Positions 40,007 through 50,667 of a DNA stretch of 64,000 nucleotides are shown in pieces. The notes under the pieces are model-generated. The model was not told where the DNA came from and searched no databases. It saw only the letters and a program-made list of their open reading frames with translations. Numbering within the stretch: position 1 is the stretch's first letter; every line of letters begins with the position of its first letter. The translations under genes and the position numbers were made by a program. Source of the stretch: an uncultured Candidatus Binatia bacterium (GTDB taxonomy: Bacteria; Desulfobacterota; Binatia; Bin18); assembly GCA_965214605.1 (NCBI GenBank), contig OZ243961.1:2944001-3008000 (forward strand), read 5' to 3'.

Positions 40007-40066
40007 CTGGCCGAGCTGCGGGTTCCACTCTACTACTACACGAAGGAAGTGGTGCCTGCGCGTCTC

Positions 40067-40756
40067 TTATTCCTCTTCATCCCCTATCTGTAGGTCGCCG
40101 GGATAACGGCGTGGAGCAAAATGCCCCTGGACAGAGGCCGCAGAGGGGGGGGACCAGGCTTGACCTCCCTGTCCATGACGGGCCGCGCCTTGCCCACGGG
40201 AGCGAGGGTGGTGGGCGGGGTCGCGTTGGTCACGTCGCCACTGTTTTTGTCGGTCTTGCCCGCCGGAGGCGGGTTTGAGGCGATTGCTGACAAAACCGAT
40301 CCGTTCCTCAAGGCGACGCAGAGTGGCGGTCATTGGCGACAGGTGTTCTGTCAGGTTACGTCGGATGAGGTCGGCGACAACCGGTAAGAAGGTTTCTGGC
40401 GGTTCTTCAGGACTGTCGCCATTGTTCGCCGCTCGGTTGGTCTGCTCGTGGGCCTCGTGCTGCATTGCCTCTAGCCGGTCCTTCATGGACTGCCATTCTG
40501 CCTGCATGGTTTGCAGCTGTGTGTGGAGGATGGACACACTTGCGGTGATTTTTTCTTCCAACGCGTCTACCCGGGTCATGAGTTGAGCGAACGACTGTTC
40601 GAGAGCAGGCGCCACCGCTGGGCTCAGCTTCGTTGCGGTGGACCGTTTCGTCGTCCGACTGCGTGGTTTTGCCGCGGCGGCTGCTGTTTTTGTTGAGCTT
40701 GCGGTTTTGCTTGTGGATTTTCCACGCTTTGGTGTCGAATCGGCAGCTTTTGCCAT
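40067..40756 (-). CDS. Hypothetical protein (basic low-complexity N-terminus, coiled coil)
   Basis: AAAGGAG RBS; K/S/T/A-rich N-terminus; heptad-like central region. Confidence 0.7.
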   Translation of the reverse strand: MAKAADSTPKRGKSTSKTASSTKTAAAAAKPRSRTTKRSTATKLSPAVAPALEQSFAQLMTRVDALEEKITASVSILHTQLQTMQAEWQSMKDRLEAMQHEAHEQTNRAANNGDSPEEPPETFLPVVADLIRRNLTEHLSPMTATLRRLEERIGFVSNRLKPASGGQDRQKQWRRDQRDPAHHPRSRGQGAARHGQGGQAWSPPSAASVQGHFAPRRYPGDLQIGDEEE

Positions 40757-40858
40757 GACACTCCTTTCTCGGCCTGAAACGCTACATGGAGACGCTTCAG
40801 GGTGACGGACCGGCGGTCTGCAAATGGCCGGGGCACACAGTCCGGAGCAGCGAGCCGC

Positions 40859-41071
40859 TTAGAGCAGGCCGGTCGTATACTCCAATAATTCTCCCAACTT
40901 CCGAATTTTACTTGCCCGCACCGGCCACTCTTCTTCAGGAGCGGACGTAAATTCTTCGAGTTGATCGTGCAAACTCTGTTCAATAAGCGTAAGACAGCTA
41001 CTGAGCGCCAGGTGTTCTTGGCGTCGGTGCCGGGCTTGGCGAAGGCTGCGTATGGAGATGATTTCCGCCAT
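40859..41071 (-). CDS. Small hypothetical protein
   Basis: 70-aa ORF directly downstream of the TrmJ-like gene. Confidence 0.6.
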   Translation of the reverse strand: MAEIISIRSLRQARHRRQEHLALSSCLTLIEQSLHDQLEEFTSAPEEEWPVRASKIRKLGELLEYTTGLL

Positions 41072-41086
41072 GCTGTGTCTTGTGTT

Positions 41087-41926
41087 CTAGGTACGGGCTT
41101 GACCGTGTTTCGGCCCCTCTTCTTTGTCCTCTGACTGCGTGTCGCTTGCTGGGGGTTCCAAGGGCTGTAACCTCCAGCCGCGCGTGGCATACCAGCGGAT
41201 CTGGTGCGCCAGACCCAGAAGAATACGAACGTCGCGGTCTTCCAGCCCCGCCCGTCCGAGCATGCGTCGGAGCGCCAACATGATGTGGTCTGGGTTATCG
41301 CGGTGCAGGAACCCAACTGTGAGGAGTGCCTGCTGCAACTTGTCGTACATGAACTCTTGACGTTCTGCAAGCGCAAGTTCACGTCCTGTTGCGCGGCTGG
41401 GCTCAGCTCGATCGGCGGGGGGGCTCTTGGCTACGGCGTCCTGGCTGGCCAGAAAGATTTCATAGCAACAGACGAGTACGGCCTGGGCGACGTTGAGCGA
41501 GCGAAAGTGGGCTGCGGTTGGGATGGTTACTAGGCCGTGGCAGTAGCGTAGGTCGGTGTTGGTCAGGCCCGTATCCTCGGGACCAAACACCAGGGCGCTG
41601 CGATTCAGGTCCAAAGTGGACACAAACTCGGCCGCCAGACTGCGTGGCGAGCGGCTCTCCTCACGGTAGAGCCCTGGGCGACAGGTGGTGCCGATAACCC
41701 GCCGACAATCGGCGCTGGCTTCGCGCAGGGACGGGTAGATACGCAGCCGGTCCAGCACGCCTTGGGCGTGGACCGCCATGGTGTCCGCCTCATGCCGGCA
41801 AAATGCGGTCGGCCCAACGAGACGTAGGTCCTGAACTCCAAAGTTGTCCATGGCGCGGGCCACCGCGCCAATATTGCCCGAATATTTCGGGCGAACGAGA
41901 ATGATGCACAGCCTGGTCAAGCTCAT
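41087..41926 (-). CDS. trmJ: TrmJ/LasT-family SPOUT RNA methyltransferase
   Basis: GNIGAVARAM, VFGPEDTGL and SLNVAQA motifs. Confidence 0.88.
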   Translation of the reverse strand: MSLTRLCIILVRPKYSGNIGAVARAMDNFGVQDLRLVGPTAFCRHEADTMAVHAQGVLDRLRIYPSLREASADCRRVIGTTCRPGLYREESRSPRSLAAEFVSTLDLNRSALVFGPEDTGLTNTDLRYCHGLVTIPTAAHFRSLNVAQAVLVCCYEIFLASQDAVAKSPPADRAEPSRATGRELALAERQEFMYDKLQQALLTVGFLHRDNPDHIMLALRRMLGRAGLEDRDVRILLGLAHQIRWYATRGWRLQPLEPPASDTQSEDKEEGPKHGQART

Positions 41927-42012
41927 AGGCGAGGTCTCACGCAAGCGGCGAGGCGGACAAAAAAGAGTCGTGCGGAAAACAGCGGGGCCTCTCTTCCGCT
42001 TGGAGCGGGTGG

Positions 42013-42330
42013 CTAGCGCTTTGCAGCCGCTGTCTGAGCCGCGCGTTCGGCTTTACGGCCCTGCTCAAACCAGCGCCTAATCGTTTTGCGTTCCAGGTAG
42101 CGACCCTTGTGGCGGCGGCGGTTTTCCCTGTGAACAATATCGGCCTCAAGCAGTTCTTCGAGATAGCGATGGAGGGGATACGTCGTGTCTCCTTCGCCCA
42201 TGTCCTGGAGCAGCTTACGGAGCCGCTCAAGCCACTCGCCGTCAAGCTGGAGTTCAACACGCAGCGGGCGTCCGATGGCAAGTACTCTGGAGCGAATCGG
42301 CTTCTGCACGGATTTAGTACTCTGTTTCAC
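42013..42330 (-). CDS. Hypothetical protein
   Basis: 105-aa ORF co-oriented with trmJ. Confidence 0.5.
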   Translation of the reverse strand: MKQSTKSVQKPIRSRVLAIGRPLRVELQLDGEWLERLRKLLQDMGEGDTTYPLHRYLEELLEADIVHRENRRRHKGRYLERKTIRRWFEQGRKAERAAQTAAAKR

Positions 42331-42498
42331 AGGTCTCGTAGTATTTCCTCATTCCGTACAATTTTGCAAGGCCGGTGGCCGTGATGGCTGAGAAGTCGGT
42401 GGCGAGAAGCGACGGAGGACGATGCATGACACGGGGCTTGCCTTTTTTCACAAATGCTGTGTATAGCATCTGAGAATCTCCGTTGGAGGTGTGCTGTC

Positions 42499-43362
42499 AT
42501 GAAACTCAAACATATGGTGGCCAGCCTTGGCGCTGTTGTCTTCATTGTCAGTGCCAGTGGAGGAGCGAGGGCGCAGTTTTTTCCCTGGTTCGACAGCGTC
42601 ATTGAAAAGATTCAAACCCGCGAAACCCTGAAAGTTGGTATCGGCCTGTTCGAGCCTTGGTCGATGTGCAACACCGACGGCGAACTGATCGGCTTTGAAA
42701 TCGATATTGCCGAAAAAATCGCCGAGGATATGGAGGTCGATCTTGAGCTGCGCCGGACCTACTGGCCGGATATCATCCCCGATCTGATTGACGAGGAGTT
42801 CGATGTCATTATCAGTGGTATGACGATAACGCCCACCCGCAATCTGCGGGTCAATTTCACCTCGCCGACCGCAGAGTCCGGTCTTTGGGTTGTGGCGAAT
42901 AAGACAAAGCTCCAAGACGTGACCGAGCTGGAAGATTTGAACACCCCGAGCGTTGTGGTTGCGGCCCGCGAGGGAGCCACGTCACAGATTTTTGTCGAGA
43001 CGAGTCTTCCCCTCGCTAGGGTATTGCTCTTTGATACGGAAGACGACCTATTGGGGGCGGTTCTCAGAGGTGACGCGCATGCCTCTGTTGTGTACGGGCC
43101 GACTCCGGCAAGGTGGATCGAAGAAAATCCAACCGTTCTGTATCGCCCGTTTGAGGAGCTCTTTTCCCGGGGACCGGAAGCGATTGGGCTGCGGAAAGGT
43201 GATCCGGACGGATTGAATTTTTTCAATAGCTGGATTGCGGTTCACCGGGCGAGTGGCTGGCTTGGCGAGCGCCGCCAGTACTGGTTCGAGACAAGTGAGT
43301 GGGCCGCCCAGGTCGCTACAGACGCCCAGAGCCTTGCGCAGTGCGCTGAATCGTTTGAATAA
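42499..43362 (+). CDS. Polar amino-acid ABC transporter substrate-binding protein (family 3)
   Basis: Signal peptide; GFEIDIA and SGMTITPTR motifs. Confidence 0.92.
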   Translation: MKLKHMVASLGAVVFIVSASGGARAQFFPWFDSVIEKIQTRETLKVGIGLFEPWSMCNTDGELIGFEIDIAEKIAEDMEVDLELRRTYWPDIIPDLIDEEFDVIISGMTITPTRNLRVNFTSPTAESGLWVVANKTKLQDVTELEDLNTPSVVVAAREGATSQIFVETSLPLARVLLFDTEDDLLGAVLRGDAHASVVYGPTPARWIEENPTVLYRPFEELFSRGPEAIGLRKGDPDGLNFFNSWIAVHRASGWLGERRQYWFETSEWAAQVATDAQSLAQCAESFE

Positions 43363-43447
43363 GGGAGAATCGTTTCTCTCTCCCAGAGGTCGTTGCCCCT
43401 AAGCTGCCCCCACCGGTACGCCTACGGGCCGGGATAAGGCAGGAGCC

Positions 43448-44467
43448 GTGGAAAATCCGCCTCTTGATCAGGCGATCGCCTGCCATGTCAAGGGTCAGCT
43501 CGACCAGGCCCTGCTGCTCTACCTGCAGGCACTTCACCTGAACCCGCGCGACCGGGTCGCCACCGACCTAGTCGCGACCGTATGCCGAACCCACTTTGAG
43601 TTGGCTCTGACCCTGATGAAACTGGGGCGCGAGACCGAAGCGATCCAGAGCTTTCAGCGCGTGCTCGCCATACAACCCGACGAGCCGGTCGTCCACGCCT
43701 CTCTCAGTCGGCTGTTCATCGCCCGCAATGACCCACAACAGGCCACTATGCACCTGCGCCACTACCTGCGTCTGGTGCCCGAGGATCATATCGGGGCTCG
43801 AATGCTGCTGGCCTATACGGGCGCAGAGCCTCTCCCGGACCGACCGGCTCCAGCCTACATTCGGCGCTTCTACGACAACTACGCCGCCTCCTACGACCAC
43901 AAGCTCGTTGATGGTCTTCACTACCAATGTCCGCAGCTCATCCTGGCCGCGCTGCGGAAGCACTGTCGAGGAAAAGTCGCCATTCTTGACCTCGGTTGTG
44001 GGACCGGCTTGTGCGGTCAAGCCGTGCGGCCGCTGACAAAGCGTCTGGATGGAGTGGACTTATCACCCCAGATGGTGGCCAAAGCCAAGCAACGTCGGAT
44101 CTATAACCGGCTGGAGGTTGGTGACCTCTACCCATTCCTGGAGAAGAAAGCCGGCCGTTATGACGTGATCGTTGCCGCCGGCGTCTTTGAGCACATCGGA
44201 GATCCCACTCGAATTTTCCGTGCCGCACTCAACACGTTGAAAGACCGGGGCCTGTTTGTTTTTACTGCGCAGGACAATCCGACTCAGGAGCTGAGCGTGA
44301 ACAGCTCGGCGTTCTACACGCACGGCCGACGCTACCTGGCAGAGCGGGCGGCGGATTGTGGCTTTCGTATCACTTCGCTTGAGCCGGCTGTGATGTGGAT
44401 TGAAAACGATACCCCCGTCCAGGGGCTGTGCGTTGTACTCCGCAAGCCCGAGCGCGGGGAGCTCTGA
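43448..44467 (+). CDS. TPR-repeat class I SAM-dependent methyltransferase (COG4976-like)
   Basis: N-terminal TPRs; FYDNYAASYD, LDLGCGTG and GVDLS motifs. Confidence 0.88.
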   Translation: MENPPLDQAIACHVKGQLDQALLLYLQALHLNPRDRVATDLVATVCRTHFELALTLMKLGRETEAIQSFQRVLAIQPDEPVVHASLSRLFIARNDPQQATMHLRHYLRLVPEDHIGARMLLAYTGAEPLPDRPAPAYIRRFYDNYAASYDHKLVDGLHYQCPQLILAALRKHCRGKVAILDLGCGTGLCGQAVRPLTKRLDGVDLSPQMVAKAKQRRIYNRLEVGDLYPFLEKKAGRYDVIVAAGVFEHIGDPTRIFRAALNTLKDRGLFVFTAQDNPTQELSVNSSAFYTHGRRYLAERAADCGFRITSLEPAVMWIENDTPVQGLCVVLRKPERGEL

Positions 44468-44487
44468 GGGGCTGAGGCGAAGGGCGG

Positions 44488-44913
44488 GTGATGGCGCGGA
44501 TTCTGCTGCTTGATATTGACGGCGTGGTCAAGGTCCTCGAAGGTGCTCCGTGGTCGATTCCGGGCTCAGACTGGAAGCGGGACGTCCGGGCCTTTCTCGC
44601 CTGGTGTCAGCAGAGCTTTGACGTGGTGCTGGTGTTGTCCTCATGGCAAGCCCAAATCCACCAAGAGCTGGAGACGATCGGGTTTTGTCTTCCCTCTTTA
44701 GCCTGGAAACGAGCTAAGACGGACGGCTTGGCCGGGCTGTGCCGGCCGGGCAATCAGGTTATCTGGGTCGAAGACGGCTGGGAAGCGGCAGACCGGAGGG
44801 CCGCCGAGGCCTTGGGTATTTGCCTTATCGAAACCGAGTTCAATGAGCGGCTGTCCGTGACCCAAGACAAGATACAGCGGGCAATGGAACCAACACCGGG
44901 GCCAAGCGGGTGA
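44488..44913 (+). CDS. Small HAD-superfamily protein
   Basis: LLLDIDGV (motif I), LSSW, K and WVED. Confidence 0.65.
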   Translation: MMARILLLDIDGVVKVLEGAPWSIPGSDWKRDVRAFLAWCQQSFDVVLVLSSWQAQIHQELETIGFCLPSLAWKRAKTDGLAGLCRPGNQVIWVEDGWEAADRRAAEALGICLIETEFNERLSVTQDKIQRAMEPTPGPSG

Positions 44914-44919
44914 GGCAGT

Positions 44920-44950
44920 GGGGGGAGAATGGCAGCGCCGTTTTCCCCCC
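44920..44950. terminator. Stem-loop between convergent genes
   Basis: GGGGGGAGAATGGC-AGC-GCCGTTTTCCCCCC, a 14-bp stem with two G-U pairs. Confidence 0.6.
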
Positions 44951-44960
44951 TACTCAGCGT

Positions 44961-45827
44961 TTACACATCCAAGCGATAGCCGTCCCCATCCCGAAGGAGC
45001 TTGCCCGCGGTTGGGCCGGCAAAATGGGTGCCGATAATCAGGGTCGGTGTCCCGGCATATTCGGCAAACACCCGCCGACGGGTGGCCACTGCAGCGTCAT
45101 TATCCACGTCAAAGGGGCTAACCAGACCCGGGTCGTGGAACTGGATCGGGTGGTGAATAAAATCCCCGGTGATCATGGCCGACTCCCCTCTGGATTCAAC
45201 GACGACAGAACAGTGGCCGGGGGTGTGGCCGGGGGTGGCGATCAGGCGTACGCCCTCGCACACCGGGCTTGGTCCTTCGACCGCTTTTGTCAGACCGGCG
45301 TCCATCACCGGCTGCACCGAGTCGGCCCACACCCGTCGCTGAACCTGCAAAAATTCATCTTCGGCGTTTGGATCAATACTGCCAAACAGATCAAGTTCTT
45401 TTTGGTCCATGAGGTAGGACGCGTTGGGGAATGTTGGGACCCATTTGCCGTCGGCTAGCCGTGTATTCCAGCCCACATGGTCAAGGTGGAGATGGGTGCA
45501 CAAGACATAGTCGATACTCTCAGGCGGATAGCCTGTGGCCGTCATGTCTTCCAGATACGAGGTGGCCAGATTGCTCATGATGTCCAGAGGAGCACGGTTC
45601 CGATCGTTCCCGATACAGGTATCGACCACGAGTTTGGCGCTGGGCGTATCAACGATTAACGAATGAATACTCAGGCTCAGCTTGCCCTCGGGTGTCACGA
45701 AATGGGGTGACAGCCACGGGACTGTTTTCACCACCCCCGGCGTTGCGGCCGGGATGACGTCTGAAAATTCCGGATACTCGATTTCAGTAATTTTGGTGAT
45801 GGTCACATCACCGACCTTCCACTTCAT
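44961..45827 (-). CDS. Metallo-beta-lactamase fold hydrolase
   Basis: THLHLDHVG, GHTPGH, GD and TH motifs. Confidence 0.93.
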   Translation of the reverse strand: MKWKVGDVTITKITEIEYPEFSDVIPAATPGVVKTVPWLSPHFVTPEGKLSLSIHSLIVDTPSAKLVVDTCIGNDRNRAPLDIMSNLATSYLEDMTATGYPPESIDYVLCTHLHLDHVGWNTRLADGKWVPTFPNASYLMDQKELDLFGSIDPNAEDEFLQVQRRVWADSVQPVMDAGLTKAVEGPSPVCEGVRLIATPGHTPGHCSVVVESRGESAMITGDFIHHPIQFHDPGLVSPFDVDNDAAVATRRRVFAEYAGTPTLIIGTHFAGPTAGKLLRDGDGYRLDV

Positions 45828-45886
45828 AGAACTCTCCCTCCTGTGTTGCGTTGTCCAGGTGTGTATAGTCTGCTGCGGCCCGCCCT

Positions 45887-46411
45887 TTATAGGGGGCCGG
45901 GCCGGACCGGGTTGGTGCCATCCCAGCCTTTGGCCGCATTTTCGACGATCATGAATAGTTTCTTGAACACCTCGTTGTTGTCCCACAGCTCTGTGTAGTG
46001 GCCGATGGTTTTGACCGTGTCAAAGTACACCAGTTCAGCACCACTGACCGTGCACTCAAACGCGGCTTCATACCCGAGCGCCCGATACTGATCATAGGCC
46101 GCTCTATAGTCTTGCGGCATCAGGCCAAAATGATGGACGCCAACCCGCCCGGCGTCCAAAAATTCTTTATACACCGAGGGGGTCTGGTCGTGTTGAAAGA
46201 TCAGCTCAATCTGCAGGTCGCCGCTGTTGCCAAGGGCCAGGGTCACATCTACATTTGACGGCTGGCCCAGATAGCGTTGGTTCTCCAGCGGGCAGTGTTC
46301 ATACAGAAAGAATGGTCCGACCTTCAACACGTCCACCCAATACTTGAGGGCCGCATCCATGTCGCTGACCACATAGGCCAGCTGTCGAACGGTATACAGG
46401 GGTTGTGTCAT
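45887..46411 (-). CDS. VOC family protein
   Basis: QLAYVV, QIELI and GVHHFG motifs. Confidence 0.88.
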   Translation of the reverse strand: MTQPLYTVRQLAYVVSDMDAALKYWVDVLKVGPFFLYEHCPLENQRYLGQPSNVDVTLALGNSGDLQIELIFQHDQTPSVYKEFLDAGRVGVHHFGLMPQDYRAAYDQYRALGYEAAFECTVSGAELVYFDTVKTIGHYTELWDNNEVFKKLFMIVENAAKGWDGTNPVRPGPL

Positions 46412-46552
46412 AGCCGAGTCCCTCCTTGTGTCACAACACATGCAAAAGCCGGGTCAAAAAGCCCGCTCTCTTTCAACCGGGCTTCTTAGCACACCAGCCG
46501 CTGGTACGGCTACGGGCAGGATGGGACAAGGAGCAGTGGGAGCAATTGAGCT

Positions 46553-47633
46553 TCAGACCTCAAGGCAAAAGTCGTGCTCAATGCGCAGCGACACCGTCCC
46601 GCCTTGAAAAGCTTTCGCCTGCGTCTTGACGAGAGCCGAAGCCTCCCTGGAGTCCATGAGACGGACGGCCCGCCCCAACCCCACGTCCAATGTCCGAAGT
46701 AGTCTGTGCCGGACTTCTGCCTTGCGGAATCGTCGTCCTCCGATCCGAATAACCACACCGGCTCGCTTCGCGAGGAGGGCACGCAACCCCTTCCAGGACT
46801 GCTCAAGAAAGGTCCAGTAAGCGTCTTTGCGGCTGTAACGGTCGTCCCGGATGGAATATCGGGAATCCGGAGTGGCTCCAAGAAATCACAAACGGAGCCA
46901 CTGATCCTCACGGTAGTTCGTCGTATCTAAGGTGCGGTGGCGAGGTAATCACATCTGTGACACGGTCCCGCAGTTCTGGAAAGGCATCCGCGGCGCGCAT
47001 CTGCCCAGACTATGCGGCCGCCTATTATCACGGGGGACGTACGAAATCGATAGGTCAGCATACGCCCAAAGGATCTCGAAAACGTCGCGGTGTGGTGGCA
47101 CGTAGCCCTCCCGACGCCACCAGCGTACCGAATAGCTCGGCTTGGTACTGATGGTCCGCGGCATCCGATTGCTGAAGTAATTGGGGGATCGGTGAGATTC
47201 ACCATGGAGAGCTCCAAGACACAGCGCAGCCAGAAATCGGTCCTCCCGGCGATGGCTCCAGTCCGGAACAGATCGAGGATAGCGGACTTGTTGGAGGATC
47301 GTAGGGTGGAAACACAACGCGAAAAACTCGTCAAGCGCTCCGCACTAGTTGCCGTCATCTGGTTCACGACAGACCTGCTAGAGCGCAACGAGTCGCGTGC
47401 GAGCGGCCTCAAAGGTCGGCGGATCGCACTTAGCAGCTGAAACGCACACCGCAACAGGATGGATATCACACCCTCCCGCGTTACGGTCCTGCAAGAGGGA
47501 CTCAAACACCGTTGTCCCGCGCCCAGAGAACGGATCGAAGACGACGCCCCTATACGGACTTGTCTCGACATACGTTTTCACAAAGGTCTCAGGGAACATG
47601 GCAAAATAGGAGCGAATGAAAGCGGTGTCTCAT
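46553..47633 (-). pseudogene. Decayed SPPY-type (N4-cytosine-like) DNA methyltransferase
   Basis: MRHRFHS/PYFAMFP, motif I FDPFSGRGTT, motif IV VITSPP (~46945), LDTTNYREDQWLRL*FLG; several frameshifts and stops. Confidence 0.8.
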
Positions 47634-48210
47634 GGTGTTGCTCTCGTGCGATTCTATAGGCCGTTACCCACGGCATGGCCCCTTCCAGGCAATCATAGGC
47701 TTCAACGATGACGCCAGCCTCCAAGAGCTGCTTGGCTTCCTCCACCTTGCGGGGAACACGCAGCCTGTGCAGCACGTTTCCCACCGTTCGCACGTCGTCA
47801 AGAAATTCTTCATCCGATCGGGCGAATGGGATGATCATAATATGGGAGGAAGTCCGTCACCAGAGACCTTCCAGACCAGCGGCTTTTGAACGCGCCGGGG
47901 TGGCCTTTCAGAGACTTCTTCTGCCAATGCTGTCCTGTTGCAACCTGCGCGGCGGCCAACAGAAAACCAGGCAGTTGGTCCAGATGTGGGCGAGCGGCAA
48001 AAACGTCGACTCGGTCGTCTTTCGGCTGAGTTGGCGAGCCAGTCTAGGCCACGATATACCTACCTCGGATTGCCTGCCAGATTTCTTTCAGCTTGGCAAG
48101 AAAAGGTAAGTGATCCGGCCTTGGAAATCCGAAAGACCAAGAACTGCCTCCCCCATTTCTCAGCTGCGAGAGCCGCGGTTGCGAAGTACTGGAAATACTG
48201 TCGTAATTTT
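47630..48210 (-). pseudogene. Decayed PD-(D/E)xK restriction-endonuclease-like gene coupled to the methyltransferase
   Basis: Fragments SFGFPRPD, KDD-VDV, AQVATGQHWQKK; stop overlaps the MTase ATG (ATGA at 47630-47633). Confidence 0.55.
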
Positions 48211-48505
48211 CTGTGACGTCGCCAATGTTGGAGCAGACAGGCGGTTTCATGCCTGACACGCCAGTTAGCTGGATGTGGTTGACGTGTTGTCACTAGTCCA
48301 CCTGAAGGCGGAGTGCGGTGATAAGCGAAGTCGGATCTGGTGGGCTGTGGCCAAGAGCCCTTGGCCTTCGCCCAAGGTCAGGTTGTTGTTTGTCTTTCTT
48401 CGGCTTGGGAATTGGGATGATGAACGCAACACGGCGGCTGTTGATAATCCGTTGCGTTGACTGGCCCTACTCGTCACGCTCCCTAATGTTGCGCTGGCTC
48501 TTCAT
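48210..48505 (-). pseudogene. N-terminal remnant of a Type III restriction endonuclease (BPTD_3080-like)
   Basis: GQSTQRII..RR..FIIPIPKPKK..EGQGL..DPTSLI..ETACLLQHWRRH, with stops and frameshifts. Confidence 0.7.
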
Positions 48506-48576
48506 AGGGAGAGGTGAGGATCAGCTGTCCTCAAAGAAGCGATTCGCCATGTTCCCTGGGCCACGGCCACCCTTGC

Positions 48577-50667
48577 TCAATTAAAAGTCCTGCCCTCTTC
48601 GGCCAACTTCTTGAGCAACGGGGCGGGCTGCCATGAGGCCGGGTCTTGCTCGGATAATTCGCACACCCGCTTGTACACTTTGTCCAGACCGATCCTGTCT
48701 GCATAAAACATCGGGCCGCCCAAGTAGGCCGGAAAGCCGTAGCCATAGACATAGATGATATCAATATCGCTGGCGCGCTGGGCGATCCCTTCTTCCAAAA
48801 TCCTGGCTCCTTCGTTGACGAGCGCGTACATTGTCCGCTCGATAATTTCTGCACGGCTGATAGTGCGCCGCTCAATCCCTTTCTCTTTGGCGTAGTTGAT
48901 AATCAGCTGTTCAATCTCGGGGTCGGGATGTGGGGTGCGGTCGCCTGGTCCGTATCTGTAATATCCAGCCCCAGTCTTCTGACCAAAACGGCCTTTTTCG
49001 TAAATCAGATCGGGAATCGCACAGTAACGCGCCCCTTCAGGCAGACGCTCGGGTAGTCCCTGTTCCCGACGGATACGCCAGCCCACGTCAAGTCCGGCTA
49101 AGTCGCCCATGGCCAGCGGGCCCATAGCCAGGCCCAAGTCGTACACCGCGCCGTCGATATCTTGGGGTAGGCAGCCCTCTTCGAGCAGGAACTGAGCTTG
49201 GCCGGCATAATAGTGCATCATGCGGTTGCCCACAAAACCGTCGCACACGCCAACCACCACCCCGATTTTATTGATGGCCTTGGCCATGGCTTGAGCCGTG
49301 GCCAGGGTTTCGAAGCTCGTCTTTTGGCCCCGCACGATTTCGAGCAAACGCATGACATTGGCCGGGCTGAAAAAATGGGTGCCAATGACTTTTTCAGGTC
49401 GTGTGGAGACTGAGGCGATTTCGTTAACGTCCAGCGTGGACGTGTTGGTGGCCAGGATACAGTCCGGCTTAGTGGCCGTATCAAGCCGGGCAAACACGTC
49501 CTTTTTTACCTCCATGTTCTCGAACACCGCTTCGACAACAAGATCCACCTCAGCGATATCGGTATAGTCCAGCGTCGGTGTGATCAGCCTCATCCGCTGC
49601 TCGACTTGCTCGGAAGTGAAACGGCCTCTCTTGGCACTGCGGTCGTAGTTCGCACGCACGACGGCCAGTCCCTTGTCCAGAAATTCTTGGCCAGTCTCAA
49701 GAATCGTCACCGGAATGCCCGCGTTGGCAAAATTCATAGCGATACCGCCACCCATCGTGCCCGCACCAATGACCGCGACCTTTTTGATTGCCAGGGGCTT
49801 GGTCTCCTTGGGCATATCGTTGACTTTTGCGGCGGCGCGTTCGGCGAAAAAAATGTGTCGTTGGGCGGCGGATTGCTCGCTGGCCAGCACCTGTCTGAAC
49901 AGTTCCTGCTCCTTGGCTAGCCCTTCGTCAAAGGGGAGGCGACAGGCGGCCTCGACACAATCGATGCACCGTTGGGGAGCCTCAAAGCCGCGCCGCTCAA
50001 CGTTTGCCCGTTGGCGTGCGGCGTCAAAGATGGCGAGGTCTACCTCTGTGACCTTGTCGTTCAGATCCCGCACTCTTTTGAGCGCGGCACCGTCGGCAAC
50101 GAGTTGACGGGCAAACACCTTGGCCCCTTCAAGCAGCTCGCCTTCATCAACAAGCTGGTCAATCACCCCGGCCGCGTGAGCCTGGCTGGCTGTCATCGGC
50201 ACGCCGCTGGTAATGACAGCTAGCGCGGCTTCGGGACCGATCAGGCGTGGCAAGCGCTGGGTGCCGCCCCCGCCCGGCAGGAGCCCTAGGGTGACTTCGG
50301 GGAGGCCGACCCGGGCCGACGGCACTGCAACTCGATAGTGGCAGCACAGCGCGGTTTCGAGGCCCCCGCCTAAGGCCGTGCCGTGGATGGCGGCCACCGC
50401 GGGCTTGGGTAAATTTTCGATCATCTCCATGGTTCCCAGAAAACTCGGCGGCTGCAGCGGCTTGCCAAACTCGGTGATGTCCGCACCGGCAATAAAGGTC
50501 CGGCCGGAGCAGATAAGCACCGTGGCCACTGTGGTATCGCTCCCGGCTTGGCGAAAACTGTCGAGCAAGCCCTGACGGACGTGCTGGCTCAGCGCGTTCA
50601 CCGGGGGGTTGTTGACGGTAATGATGCCGATATCACCATCTCTGGTGTAGGAGACTGACTGAGTCAT
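48577..50667 (-). CDS. Enoyl-CoA hydratase / 3-hydroxyacyl-CoA dehydrogenase (FadB-like)
   Basis: FIAGADI, ALGGGLE, GAGTMGGGI, HFFSPA and GFVGNR motifs. Confidence 0.95.
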   Translation of the reverse strand: MTQSVSYTRDGDIGIITVNNPPVNALSQHVRQGLLDSFRQAGSDTTVATVLICSGRTFIAGADITEFGKPLQPPSFLGTMEMIENLPKPAVAAIHGTALGGGLETALCCHYRVAVPSARVGLPEVTLGLLPGGGGTQRLPRLIGPEAALAVITSGVPMTASQAHAAGVIDQLVDEGELLEGAKVFARQLVADGAALKRVRDLNDKVTEVDLAIFDAARQRANVERRGFEAPQRCIDCVEAACRLPFDEGLAKEQELFRQVLASEQSAAQRHIFFAERAAAKVNDMPKETKPLAIKKVAVIGAGTMGGGIAMNFANAGIPVTILETGQEFLDKGLAVVRANYDRSAKRGRFTSEQVEQRMRLITPTLDYTDIAEVDLVVEAVFENMEVKKDVFARLDTATKPDCILATNTSTLDVNEIASVSTRPEKVIGTHFFSPANVMRLLEIVRGQKTSFETLATAQAMAKAINKIGVVVGVCDGFVGNRMMHYYAGQAQFLLEEGCLPQDIDGAVYDLGLAMGPLAMGDLAGLDVGWRIRREQGLPERLPEGARYCAIPDLIYEKGRFGQKTGAGYYRYGPGDRTPHPDPEIEQLIINYAKEKGIERRTISRAEIIERTMYALVNEGARILEEGIAQRASDIDIIYVYGYGFPAYLGGPMFYADRIGLDKVYKRVCELSEQDPASWQPAPLLKKLAEEGRTFN

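Noticed and set aside
46444-46486. Imperfect palindrome AAGCCGGG...CCGGGCTT at the edge of the restriction relic
   Set aside because: It is a single copy in this window, so a REP/MITE call cannot be supported. It may be a degraded terminator.
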